IMG/VR virus record: IMGVR_UViG_3300029288_005873
Coordinates: 128,001-192,000 of that record
DNA length: 64,000 bases
Source of the DNA: a virus
Taxonomy: Duplodnaviria > Caudoviricetes
Strand: one strand, 5' to 3'
Shown: positions 48,348-56,667 of the stretch, piece by piece
How the letters are laid out: each line of letters opens with the position of its first letter
Position numbering within the stretch: the first letter of the stretch is position 1
Position numbers and translations under genes: made by a program
Notes under the pieces: model-generated
What the model saw: only the letters and a program-made list of their open reading frames with translations
Told to the model about the DNA's origin: nothing
The model's database searches: none

Positions 48348-49147
48348 ACCTCCAACACCCCCTCCAAATGCGGATAACCATATTCAGCTCCAGCTACAAA
48401 AACCTTTAGATTCGGCAGTATCTGTACATCACATTTGTCATGAGTGTGTCCACACAAAACAATGAGTTCCTTGTCAGGATGAGCTTTCATGTGCTTAACC
48501 ATGACTTCACCAGCTGACACTGAGCAGAAATACGGGAGGTAGTATTCGCTTGATTCTCTACCCTCGTGTTTAGATGCTCGTCTAAATGGAGGAACATGTG
48601 TGACAAGAACAACTCGGTTACCATGGATAAGAGCTTCAGGCAAAGTGTCGTCAATATACTGTACAGCTTTTTCCGCAATTTCTGCGATCTTTTCATGGAG
48701 CATTACTGGTGAGGTGAAATATGGAATCTTCATCTCCTCTATGTACCTGAAGTCGTTCATGATTACTCTGCCGCGCAACCCAGCTTTGGCATCATACCAT
48801 CCCTCATGACCCATAAGAGCGGTAGTTCCACCAGACAAACATTGGATTATCTTATCAGAAAGCCATATCATCTTGTCATTTCCATCTACAGCATTCCTGA
48901 CGTCTTCTGTTGTCTTGACAAAAGAACTACTATAGTAGTCATGGTTGCCAAGCACAAAGCTTACTGGAAAGGGGATCTCGACCTCCAACCTTTCAAGCCA
49001 CTTTAGTAGAGTGCGCCCACCAGAGATATCTCCACACAGAACCAACATGTCAGCTCCCGATTCGCGCACCTCTGAAAAAAAGCGCTCAAGATCTTCGGGT
49101 TCGGCATGATCTAGATGGATATCACTTGCCCATGCGATTTTTGTCAT
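48344..49147 (-). CDS. Calcineurin-like metallophosphoesterase (CpdA/Icc-like)
   Basis: SDIH, GDIS, GNHDYY, THVPP, CGHTH. Confidence 0.9.
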   Translation of the reverse strand: MTKIAWASDIHLDHAEPEDLERFFSEVRESGADMLVLCGDISGGRTLLKWLERLEVEIPFPVSFVLGNHDYYSSSFVKTTEDVRNAVDGNDKMIWLSDKIIQCLSGGTTALMGHEGWYDAKAGLRGRVIMNDFRYIEEMKIPYFTSPVMLHEKIAEIAEKAVQYIDDTLPEALIHGNRVVLVTHVPPFRRASKHEGRESSEYYLPYFCSVSAGEVMVKHMKAHPDKELIVLCGHTHDKCDVQILPNLKVFVAGAEYGYPHLEGVLEV

Positions 49148-49514
49148 TGTTTTTCTCCATATAATCGCTGCCTCGAACCACAACTGGGTTCATTATCCCC
49201 GAGGCAACAGCGCGGTTATAAGCATCTGTCGCAGTACTGCCAACTACTACAACGGACGGTTCTCCGCCAAGAGCGACATAATCTGTTGGGAGAATTTTTG
49301 TCCCATTTGAGGTTTCGTTCTTCCTTGTTTCCACCCACATCACACCACATCTGGGACAGATATTTGCGTCGCGTCTGGCATAGTATGTGCCACATGTTGG
49401 ACACTTAGCCAAACTAGATCCCATAGGCTCGTCGCCCGGAAAACTGTTCGGAAAACTCTTGCGATAGTCATTGTTCGTAGGCTGGCTCGAGAAAGATTTG
49501 TTAAGATATTTCAT
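49122..49514 (-). CDS. Zn-ribbon hypothetical protein
   Basis: CPTCG...CPRCG. Confidence 0.5.
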   Translation of the reverse strand: MKYLNKSFSSQPTNNDYRKSFPNSFPGDEPMGSSLAKCPTCGTYYARRDANICPRCGVMWVETRKNETSNGTKILPTDYVALGGEPSVVVVGSTATDAYNRAVASGIMNPVVVRGSDYMEKNNDKNRMGK

Positions 49515-49930
49515 GACTTTGTCTCCCTAACTTTTCTAATGATGGCTGTTGTGCTCGTCAACCCCTCGACATCTGGCACAATAACAAGCTTTGCCCCAGA
49601 CTCCAATCCAAAGATCCTATCCGCATTTCCAACTAGCCTATAACCCTGATGCTTGAACAGTTTTGTCACCTTAAAATCTCTCGCAGCGCGTGTCAAATCG
49701 ACAAGGTTGCGCATTATGAAAGCTGCCCCTACGCATTCTAAACTGTTCACAAGGTCCAATCTTTCCCCTTCAGGAATGACGGGTCGATCGTGCCCTTTTG
49801 CCGTTCTGATCATTTCATCCGAATCAATAGCGACAATTAGACGCTCGCAGAGCTTACGACATCGCTGGAGATAATGGACGTGTCCGAAATGGATGAGATC
49901 AAAACATCCGCTTGTCAGACCAATCACCAT
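49511..49930 (-). CDS. HIGH-family cytidylyl/adenylyltransferase (RfaE/TagD-like)
   Basis: GCFDLIHFGHVHYL, KG..RP, ER, STT. Confidence 0.88.
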   Translation of the reverse strand: MVIGLTSGCFDLIHFGHVHYLQRCRKLCERLIVAIDSDEMIRTAKGHDRPVIPEGERLDLVNSLECVGAAFIMRNLVDLTRAARDFKVTKLFKHQGYRLVGNADRIFGLESGAKLVIVPDVEGLTSTTAIIRKVRETKS

Positions 49931-49944
49931 AGAATCACCTCCCC

Positions 49945-50346
49945 CTAGGGCTCACATTTCGGACAATACTGCATCGAATACCAGCCAACATTATGTAGTG
50001 GAGTACCACACTGTACGCACTCGGTCCTTCCTGGCTCGGTATTCCTGCGCTTAAGATCGTCTTTGTCAAACAAAGATGCTGTGGTTGATGCGGGAAAAAA
50101 TAAAGAAGGAGCATTTTCCATATGTTCTGCGGCATACCAATATGCCCCAGAATTACGGTCAATTGCTACAGAATGTAAACTACTTAATTCTACCATAAGA
50201 TTCCCTGGATACTGGAAGTGATCATGTACCCTAACAACAAATATCCTTCCATTCCATGTAATGAAGTAAGGATGAAAATCTGGAGGCAGCTTCATAGCCT
50301 CCGGATTTACAATAACTTGATCACCATCCTTTGGAACGAACCCCAT
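49945..50346 (-). CDS. Modular protein with C-terminal Zn ribbon (CPKCEP family)
   Basis: VPKDGDQVIVNP...CVQCGTPL...YCPKCEP. Confidence 0.65.
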   Translation of the reverse strand: MGFVPKDGDQVIVNPEAMKLPPDFHPYFITWNGRIFVVRVHDHFQYPGNLMVELSSLHSVAIDRNSGAYWYAAEHMENAPSLFFPASTTASLFDKDDLKRRNTEPGRTECVQCGTPLHNVGWYSMQYCPKCEP

Positions 50347-50548
50347 AGTTTCCCTTCCCTTTTTCGAATGGCCACCTACCATCGGCACAACGGTCAAGGA
50401 GCCAAAAAGCCGAAGCTGCTAAAAGAATAAGCAGGATAATCCTTCCCCAGGTGTTTTGGTTCTGGTCAAGGCAGTTTGGACAACGACTAGCAAGCGATGG
50501 AATCTTCGACATACATCTGATACAGATCTTCATCAGTAGTGACTCCAT
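50321..50548 (-). CDS. Small Zn-ribbon plus TM protein
   Basis: CIRC...CPNC then hydrophobic helix. Confidence 0.55.
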   Translation of the reverse strand: MESLLMKICIRCMSKIPSLASRCPNCLDQNQNTWGRIILLILLAASAFWLLDRCADGRWPFEKGKGNYGVRSKGW

Positions 50549-50715
50549 AAACGTTCCACTACTTGTTGTCCCATATCTACTACATCATATGGAAATTTAC
50601 ACAGCATTCCCATATACCTATTGTCAATAGCAAACTCTAAATGTGCCCAGGTGACTTCTACTATGACCTTAGCTATCCACATAGGCATCATTACAATTTT
50701 AGCTATAGCTAACAT
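50533..50715 (-). CDS. Small hypothetical protein
   Basis: AAGGAG RBS. Confidence 0.5.
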   Translation of the reverse strand: MLAIAKIVMMPMWIAKVIVEVTWAHLEFAIDNRYMGMLCKFPYDVVDMGQQVVERLWSHY

Positions 50716-50742
50716 TCCAGGCTCCTTTGGGGATCGCTCAAA

Positions 50743-50934
50743 TTATTTCAGAACCAGTACGGCAGAAAGATCATCGCATGAAATGTACAATGGGCGTGGA
50801 CGCATATTAGTCCAGGTTATTTCCGAAAGGCGACCACCATTGGTTTTTACCTTCAGCGTCTCGACCCACACATCTTGAACATGACCAGACTTGAACACTA
50901 GTCGAATCTTAACCTTCTTCATCTTCCACTCCAA
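50743..50934 (-). CDS. Small hypothetical protein
   Basis: ORF in gene run. Confidence 0.55.
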   Translation of the reverse strand: MEWKMKKVKIRLVFKSGHVQDVWVETLKVKTNGGRLSEITWTNMRPRPLYISCDDLSAVLVLK

Positions 50935-51241
50935 TCCTATTGCGAGACTCCATAAGAAAGCTCACGATGCTATCAACCCGCGATGCGTTGTTGATATTTA
51001 ATCCGCTTTGCTTTTTCCAGATGCCATTGATCTTTTTGAACCTGGCAATGGTCACCCTTGGCGGTTTCCATCCGTCTGTGATGAGATCGCGATCCTGATG
51101 TAGGAATGCCACATCTGCCCAGACTCCCGTGTTCGATAGAACTTTGCGATTAAGTTCCCTACGGAGCTGTTGTCCATTTTTGAAGTAGTTGTATGTAAGG
51201 TCATCGATACGAGGAGCGCTGACGGGAAGTTCTGTCTCCAT
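50909..51241 (-). CDS. Bacterial-type conserved hypothetical protein (possible PC4-like fold)
   Basis: IDDLT.NY...EL.RKVLS..GVW...F..QD...R.KK.NG.WKKQS..NI. Confidence 0.65.
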   Translation of the reverse strand: METELPVSAPRIDDLTYNYFKNGQQLRRELNRKVLSNTGVWADVAFLHQDRDLITDGWKPPRVTIARFKKINGIWKKQSGLNINNASRVDSIVSFLMESRNRIGVEDEEG

Positions 51242-51660
51242 TATTCTCCCTCATATATGTAACACAAACCACTACATTCTGGACACTGACCAGAGGGCAT
51301 AGGTTCTCCTGGAGATACGCGCTCATACAGATTTTTGATCGGATCGCAATCAGCGGTTTCACCCTCCCATTGACAACTTCCACATCGACTGAGTCCGTCA
51401 TCATATGGTCCAGGATCCTTGCCAAAATTCACGAATTCGCTGGCGATCTCATCAAGAGATACTCCCCTGGAAATCAAATAGTCGAGCTGGGCGGCAACAC
51501 CTTGCGCTATGATCTCATCAGCCTCTTTGATGGATTTATTCCTAACCTCAGCTTCTTTCTCCGTTATTACCCAATCCGATGGTTGATGCTCATCAGGATC
51601 AAACTTCTTCTTTAGGAGAGCAGCAAGTAATTTGTCCCTTGTCCAGATTTTAGGCATCAC
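51241..51660 (-). CDS. Zn-ribbon protein
   Basis: CGSCQW...ERVSPGEPMPSGQCPEC. Confidence 0.7.
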   Translation of the reverse strand: MMPKIWTRDKLLAALLKKKFDPDEHQPSDWVITEKEAEVRNKSIKEADEIIAQGVAAQLDYLISRGVSLDEIASEFVNFGKDPGPYDDGLSRCGSCQWEGETADCDPIKNLYERVSPGEPMPSGQCPECSGLCYIYEGE

Positions 51661-52562
51661 TGACTCCAGGCGCCAGTTAGGGCGCGGTAGAAATCTCTAG
51701 CCATTGACTTTGGAAGTCCAGATACTTGACCATCGCCAAGTTCGACAATGACCCATTGTCCAGTCCGCGTTCGTGCTAAGTCGGCTGCGAAAAACCGGCT
51801 TTTTATTGCGCGAAAGATCTCTGAAAACTCACCAAGCGGAAGCTCGATTCCAGGTGGATAGTCTCCTTCTTCCCAGTAAGGACATGTAAAAAAGGGTTTC
51901 CCATCTAGGACGAAGACGCGAAATTCCAATGACATAGGCATACCGCTTGCCTGATGGATTCCCACCGGCTCAAGATCCAAAAACTCCCTGAAGACAAGTC
52001 CTCCTTGGATATCACCTTGAAGTTCCAAGAACTTTGCCACAACACGGCGTACGGATTCGCTATCCGCAGAATCTGGAATAAAGCAAGCCTCATTCCAATA
52101 ATGCTTTTGCGACTTCACGTAATCCTTTAGTATGATTGGTGCTCCCTTAAACACAGACAATGCCGTCATAATGTTATCGTGGTCATGTTCCCTAGGCATC
52201 CAAATTGTTTTTGGAGTCCGCTCTGCCATCAGAGGCCAACTCTCAGGAAGATGATGGCAGTGGATATATTGGTCTGGAGAGTTTATGAGTACAAGTCCTC
52301 GCTTCTCCAAAGCGCTATATAGCGAAGTATATTCCGTTGCCTTAAGCATCCATCCGCGGTATACTCCTATTCTTGCCACATGAGTTCTTTCAACTATCCT
52401 TACAGCGCGATCTACTCTGTTATCATCCACCAATGCCTCGAAATCCATAATAGATCGTGGCAAGCATGCCTCAAGAGCAGCTGAAGATTCACACCCCCAG
52501 TCACAGTCTACAGTATCAGGATCGTCGGAATCAAGACATAGAAGTATTTCTGGTCGTTTCAT
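51657..52562 (-). CDS. ATP-grasp protein (R2K-like) 2
   Basis: YRGWML, LINSP, KDYVKSQKHYW.EACFI, EFRVF, FFAAD, IVELGDGQVSG. Confidence 0.85.
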   Translation of the reverse strand: MKRPEILLCLDSDDPDTVDCDWGCESSAALEACLPRSIMDFEALVDDNRVDRAVRIVERTHVARIGVYRGWMLKATEYTSLYSALEKRGLVLINSPDQYIHCHHLPESWPLMAERTPKTIWMPREHDHDNIMTALSVFKGAPIILKDYVKSQKHYWNEACFIPDSADSESVRRVVAKFLELQGDIQGGLVFREFLDLEPVGIHQASGMPMSLEFRVFVLDGKPFFTCPYWEEGDYPPGIELPLGEFSEIFRAIKSRFFAADLARTRTGQWVIVELGDGQVSGLPKSMARDFYRALTGAWSQ

Positions 52563-52957
52563 GGTCGTACTCCGCGCATCGGCTCACTTTTACCATTTGA
52601 ATTGAACAGATGCTTGATGTTACTCCTAATCTGATCGCCTTGACCACAGGTCAGACAGTCAGCTCCGACAATAGCTGCCAAGACCATGATTGCCAATATG
52701 CCAATAATCCAACGGATCATTTCTTTACCCTCCACTACAATGAGCTTTCCGAACTGGTCGCAGACGACTTCACACTTACAATTGTTACCATAAAAAGAAG
52801 AGTAGACATCTGTCTCCCCTTCCCATCTTATCCATGCTGAGGCATCGTCGACATAATCGATATCGACAATAGTTCCGATTCTCATCGGATCGACCAGCGA
52901 TCGAATTTGTAGACCCACAACAACCTGGTCTTCTTGGAGATCGCATATACGCATCAT
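52559..52957 (-). CDS. Hypothetical protein (SH3-like N-terminus plus TM)
   Basis: ORF coupled at both ends. Confidence 0.55.
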   Translation of the reverse strand: MMRICDLQEDQVVVGLQIRSLVDPMRIGTIVDIDYVDDASAWIRWEGETDVYSSFYGNNCKCEVVCDQFGKLIVVEGKEMIRWIIGILAIMVLAAIVGADCLTCGQGDQIRSNIKHLFNSNGKSEPMRGVRP

Positions 52958-53415
52958 GGATCTCCAACCAACATAAACACAGGCTGGTCAACGAGAATCG
53001 TAATGGTTTCTCTTTTCTTTCCGCGCCTTACTTCAACATCCAAACCTGCGCCTACGGCGTCAAAACCGTCATCGCGGATCATTTTTAGATGACACGACAA
53101 TGGCATTTCTGGATTTCGACATCTTGGACATCCTGAATCTTCGCATCTATATAGTACAACGACATTCTTTCCAAGCATATTGGATCGCCATACTTCAATG
53201 ATTTCCAGATGATCCTTATCCGGCCAAGCCGACCTCGTGTATCCAGGATGCCAAGTCAACTTACAATTTGGAGAGATTGCGTCTGGCTTGAGACAGGCTG
53301 GTAGATGGGAAAGTTCAACGGTAACAAAAGCGCGAATGGCTTCGGTTACGGAGGCGATATCGCCCCCGCCCTTTACAATAAGGTTGCCGTTCTCCCTTGA
53401 GATCTCAATGGGCAT
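52954..53415 (-). CDS. Hypothetical protein
   Basis: ORF in gene run. Confidence 0.6.
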   Translation of the reverse strand: MPIEISRENGNLIVKGGGDIASVTEAIRAFVTVELSHLPACLKPDAISPNCKLTWHPGYTRSAWPDKDHLEIIEVWRSNMLGKNVVVLYRCEDSGCPRCRNPEMPLSCHLKMIRDDGFDAVGAGLDVEVRRGKKRETITILVDQPVFMLVGDP

Positions 53416-53417
53416 GA

Positions 53418-53654
53418 CTATCCCTCTTCATCTTCTTCCGTGTCCGTTTTGTGAGATTCATTGGCGACCTTCTCGATTTCCTCAGAAATCGCGATGTCCT
53501 CTTCAGCTTCCTCTATCCAATCTCTTGTGCCCATGTGTTGGATTCGACGTTCACTTTTGTCGACATGAGTTCCAGCCCTTCCACCAATGCCGCCCATTTC
53601 GATCCTGCTAGCCCGCTTGATCGACTTTATCCTCTCAAGATGCTTGTCTTTCAT
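53418..53654 (-). CDS. Small basic/acidic protein
   Basis: GGAG RBS before MKDKH (ORF open to 53813). Confidence 0.55.
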   Translation of the reverse strand: MKDKHLERIKSIKRASRIEMGGIGGRAGTHVDKSERRIQHMGTRDWIEEAEEDIAISEEIEKVANESHKTDTEEDEEG

Positions 53655-53670
53655 TTCTCCATATCCATTG

Positions 53671-53991
53671 TTAGTTGGAGCCACTCTTTGGCTTGTTTTG
53701 TAGAACGTTGGCAAAGCGTGCTCTGAGAGCAGCTGCTTTACCACTATCTTCAAGTTCTTTGGACAATTTTGAGACGTATTCGGTGACTCTAGATTTAATT
53801 GCGGAGATTTCATCTACGTTCATAAAACCCAATGTTATCTGCGCACTAGTCAAGATCTCCGCTGCTATCAGAATACCTTCAACCATATCTAATGGCGATG
53901 CTGCAAGAGATGTTGCCTCAATCTCTAGACTCTTCCCAGCTACGACAGACAATATATAAGCTTTGAGACCGATTACATTTGGATCAAACAT
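53671..53991 (-). CDS. Hypothetical protein
   Basis: ORF in gene run. Confidence 0.55.
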   Translation of the reverse strand: MFDPNVIGLKAYILSVVAGKSLEIEATSLAASPLDMVEGILIAAEILTSAQITLGFMNVDEISAIKSRVTEYVSKLSKELEDSGKAAALRARFANVLQNKPKSGSN

Positions 53992-54002
53992 GTTTATTCT
54001 TT

Positions 54003-54176
54003 CTATTTTTTTCTCATTGCCGCCTGGAATGCCTTTACTACACGAGAAAGGCGCTCATCTACACCACCAATACGTACCCCCGCCCTAACAATCTTATCAC
54101 GCAAGATTCTTAGCTGGTTCTCGGTCAATCCTTCCAGCTGTTCTGGCACTTCCACATCGGTGATGATGGTTTTCAT
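54003..54176 (-). CDS. Small hypothetical protein (57 aa, MKTIITDVEVPEQ...)
   Basis: Manual translation, below ORF-track cutoff; AAGGAG RBS; directly downstream of repeat copy 3. Confidence 0.7.
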   Translation of the reverse strand: MKTIITDVEVPEQLEGLTENQLRILRDKIVRAGVRIGGVDERLSRVVKAFQAAMRKK

Positions 54177-54209
54177 TTAGCTCCTTTTGCGGCATTAGCT
54201 GCCGATGAA

Positions 54210-54237
54210 AAAACGTCCGCGGAATTTTTCCGCTGCA
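54210..54237. repeat. Dispersed intergenic element, copy 3 (28-bp core)
   Basis: AAAACGTCCGCGGAATTTTTCCGCTGCA; 26/28 identical to each of the other copies. Confidence 0.85.
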
Positions 54238-54254
54238 AAACAATTTTTCGCACC

Positions 54255-54875
54255 TTAACTTAGATCCCCCCATACCTTGTCGGCCACTTTCTGGAAAATC
54301 CTGGACAAGGCTTCGTAAATCAATCTCCAAGGCTCTTCAAGAAGAGTCCAGACCATGGAGAACGGCCAGTATACCATCCAGGTGATTATTTTTCCTTTAT
54401 TCTTGTGCGCAAGGGGTTTTACAGGAACTGTTCCAAATGATTCCACCATTTCTTTTGGCATGGGCGTATCGAGAGTTGCCCCAACAACACCACGCCTTTC
54501 GAGGTACTTCATCCTTCTCTGGCGGAACTCTAACGCTTTCCGCTTGACAAAGAACCACCATTTAGCCAGTGCCCAAAAAGCACCTGCCAAAAAGAATCCT
54601 GGAACCCCGGCATACACCAGAGCTGGATGCTTTCCAATGGTAGAGAACAGAGACGCGTCCCCAAACAAATGAATCACCATTAGATACATGACGATCGTAA
54701 AACCCGTTAGAAAAGCCCGTTCCTTAGCCACCTCTAGGACAATGAGAAGGATAATCGCTACCGTCAAGATCCAGAACCACACGCCAGTGAAAAGTAGGAA
54801 CCACATGTTTTCTTTCTCCTTTGATCGGAAAAACAAACAATTACATTGTGTATATCTTTTCGGATCGGATGACAT
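54255..54875 (-). CDS. Membrane protein
   Basis: Multiple TM segments; WMVYWPFS; likely start MWFLL after AAGGAG. Confidence 0.75.
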   Translation of the reverse strand: MSSDPKRYTQCNCLFFRSKEKENMWFLLFTGVWFWILTVAIILLIVLEVAKERAFLTGFTIVMYLMVIHLFGDASLFSTIGKHPALVYAGVPGFFLAGAFWALAKWWFFVKRKALEFRQRRMKYLERRGVVGATLDTPMPKEMVESFGTVPVKPLAHKNKGKIITWMVYWPFSMVWTLLEEPWRLIYEALSRIFQKVADKVWGDLS

Positions 54876-55197
54876 TGCTTGACTTCAGGTTATAGAAGAA
54901 AGCTATCTCGACCGAACCCATTGGACCAATGTAACCGATCGCTGGAGTTGGTTTCCAGAATGGCCATCCATCCCACATGCCAACGTGAACGATCTCACGT
55001 TCCGTTAGGCATGGGACGTACACCCATCTTGCGGAACAAAATTTACGGTCGAGTTCCAATATTGTCCTGGTACCCTCCTTAACGACGCTGGGGTTTACCG
55101 AACCGCCGCAGTCCCAACCATGCGAACGGAAATCGTACAACCTGTCTACGGGCTCGAACCATTCGCCTTCCCTGACTGTTATCGTGCGCGTCCTCAT
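54841..55197 (-). CDS. Hypothetical protein
   Basis: AGGAGG RBS, ATGA coupling. Confidence 0.6.
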   Translation of the reverse strand: MRTRTITVREGEWFEPVDRLYDFRSHGWDCGGSVNPSVVKEGTRTILELDRKFCSARWVYVPCLTEREIVHVGMWDGWPFWKPTPAIGYIGPMGSVEIAFFYNLKSSNVIRSEKIYTM

Positions 55198-56279
55198 CGA
55201 AACCTCCTACCAAATGGATTTCTAGACCAAAACCATGCCTGTAGTCCACCAGATACAAGAAGACCGAGAGTAGCTAGTAGTAGAAATGCCCACATTGGTG
55301 GTTCTATCTCTTTAAGGAGATAGCGGAAATCCCCCATGTGCCTTCGTTGAAACTTCGATCCAGCTTCATCTCTAACGATTGACAGAAGTCTGTCACCGTT
55401 AAAGTCTCCCATTCTAGCAACACGTTGTTCAATGCCGTCTCTAACTTCACGCACATCAGTCCAACTAATTACCTTGACCCATTCAATATTGGGGAAGGTT
55501 GGGACACCAACCACCACAATGAGGTCGTTCTTTTTGCCACCAAGCCAAGCCTCTGCCAATGCGTCGACATATTCTGAAGACTTCTCCCCAGTTACAACAA
55601 CGATAATGTTTACCTGGCGGACTCTACCAAGATCGGCATTCAGTTCCGCAAGCCTTTTCTCCAAATTTGTTACATCGGGAATAGATTCACCAAGTACCGT
55701 CATCAGAAAACGATTTACAGAATGACCATGTACACGTGGATAAGCAGGAAGCTTAGAGCGATATTTGTCTACCAACCAAGGTCGTCGGAAGAACTTTCCA
55801 GGCAGACCTTTGATGTAGTTGATATACATATGCTCAATAGCTGTTGGATCACCTATGGAGATCCGCTTCCATTCTTCTGGTGGAAAAGAAGAAGGGGGAT
55901 TACATGTATCATTGACTACAACTTCTCCATTAGTTGTTTTTGCAGACCAGTACAAATCATGACTGTGTCTATAGCATGTCGAACAAACATCATGACATGA
56001 CGTATTCCCTTTCCCGTCACTAGAACAAACCGGAATACAATTACAACTATAACTGTGGCAACAGCCCTGCTCCCCAAAGTCCTTTGAGGCTATCCTGCCA
56101 TTCCATATCTCGACGTCTGTAGTTTTGACATATCGGGCTGCCATGTATCCGCCGCCCATTAAAAGCATGCCTGCCGCCGCCTGAACTAATGCTTCCAGCC
56201 AGTTAAGTTTCCCTTTTGAGAGGAAAAATCCAACCGCTGCTACCAAGAGCGGAATAGCCAACAGAATGAGGAGCATCAT
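55194..56279 (-). CDS. Membrane protein with Cys-rich loop and TPM-like domain
   Basis: N- and C-terminal TM; CCHSYSCNC...C..C; WLGGKKND. Confidence 0.78.
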   Translation of the reverse strand: MMLLILLAIPLLVAAVGFFLSKGKLNWLEALVQAAAGMLLMGGGYMAARYVKTTDVEIWNGRIASKDFGEQGCCHSYSCNCIPVCSSDGKGNTSCHDVCSTCYRHSHDLYWSAKTTNGEVVVNDTCNPPSSFPPEEWKRISIGDPTAIEHMYINYIKGLPGKFFRRPWLVDKYRSKLPAYPRVHGHSVNRFLMTVLGESIPDVTNLEKRLAELNADLGRVRQVNIIVVVTGEKSSEYVDALAEAWLGGKKNDLIVVVGVPTFPNIEWVKVISWTDVREVRDGIEQRVARMGDFNGDRLLSIVRDEAGSKFQRRHMGDFRYLLKEIEPPMWAFLLLATLGLLVSGGLQAWFWSRNPFGRRFR

Positions 56280-56292
56280 TTTCTATATCCTT

Positions 56293-56664
56293 TTAGGGGT
56301 TTCCACAGCCACCGCTGCCACCACAACCTCCACATCCACCGCCACTGCCTCCACCACATCCGTCACCACATCCCCCTCCACCACACTTAGAGAATCCACC
56401 CATACCCCTGTCAGCAATTGAGTAGCCACGATCTTCTATTTTTGTAGGGCGCAACTTTGAAACCGCATCAGACGCCGAATCCAAGAGGTGTTTGACAGTC
56501 TCGATAACAGCTGTTAGCTCGGCACGCAGATTATCATCAAGGGCATCACCATGCTCCAACGCTGTTCCAAGAAGTGCGACAGAACCCTTTGCCGCCTCTT
56601 TGACCTCAAGACTTGATCCATACATCCTGAACTGCTTATCGGTTTCTGGTGTAGTGATAGGCAT
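56293..56664 (-). CDS. Protein with Gly/Cys-rich C-terminal tail
   Basis: KCGGGGCGDGCGGGSGGGCGGCGGSGGCGNP; AAGGAG RBS. Confidence 0.7.
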   Translation of the reverse strand: MPITTPETDKQFRMYGSSLEVKEAAKGSVALLGTALEHGDALDDNLRAELTAVIETVKHLLDSASDAVSKLRPTKIEDRGYSIADRGMGGFSKCGGGGCGDGCGGGSGGGCGGCGGSGGCGNP

Positions 56665-56667
56665 CTT

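Noticed and set aside
54097-54330. 77-aa minus-strand ORF across repeat copy 3
   Set aside because: Overlaps the membrane-protein gene and the better-supported 54003-54176 ORF, which has a clear RBS
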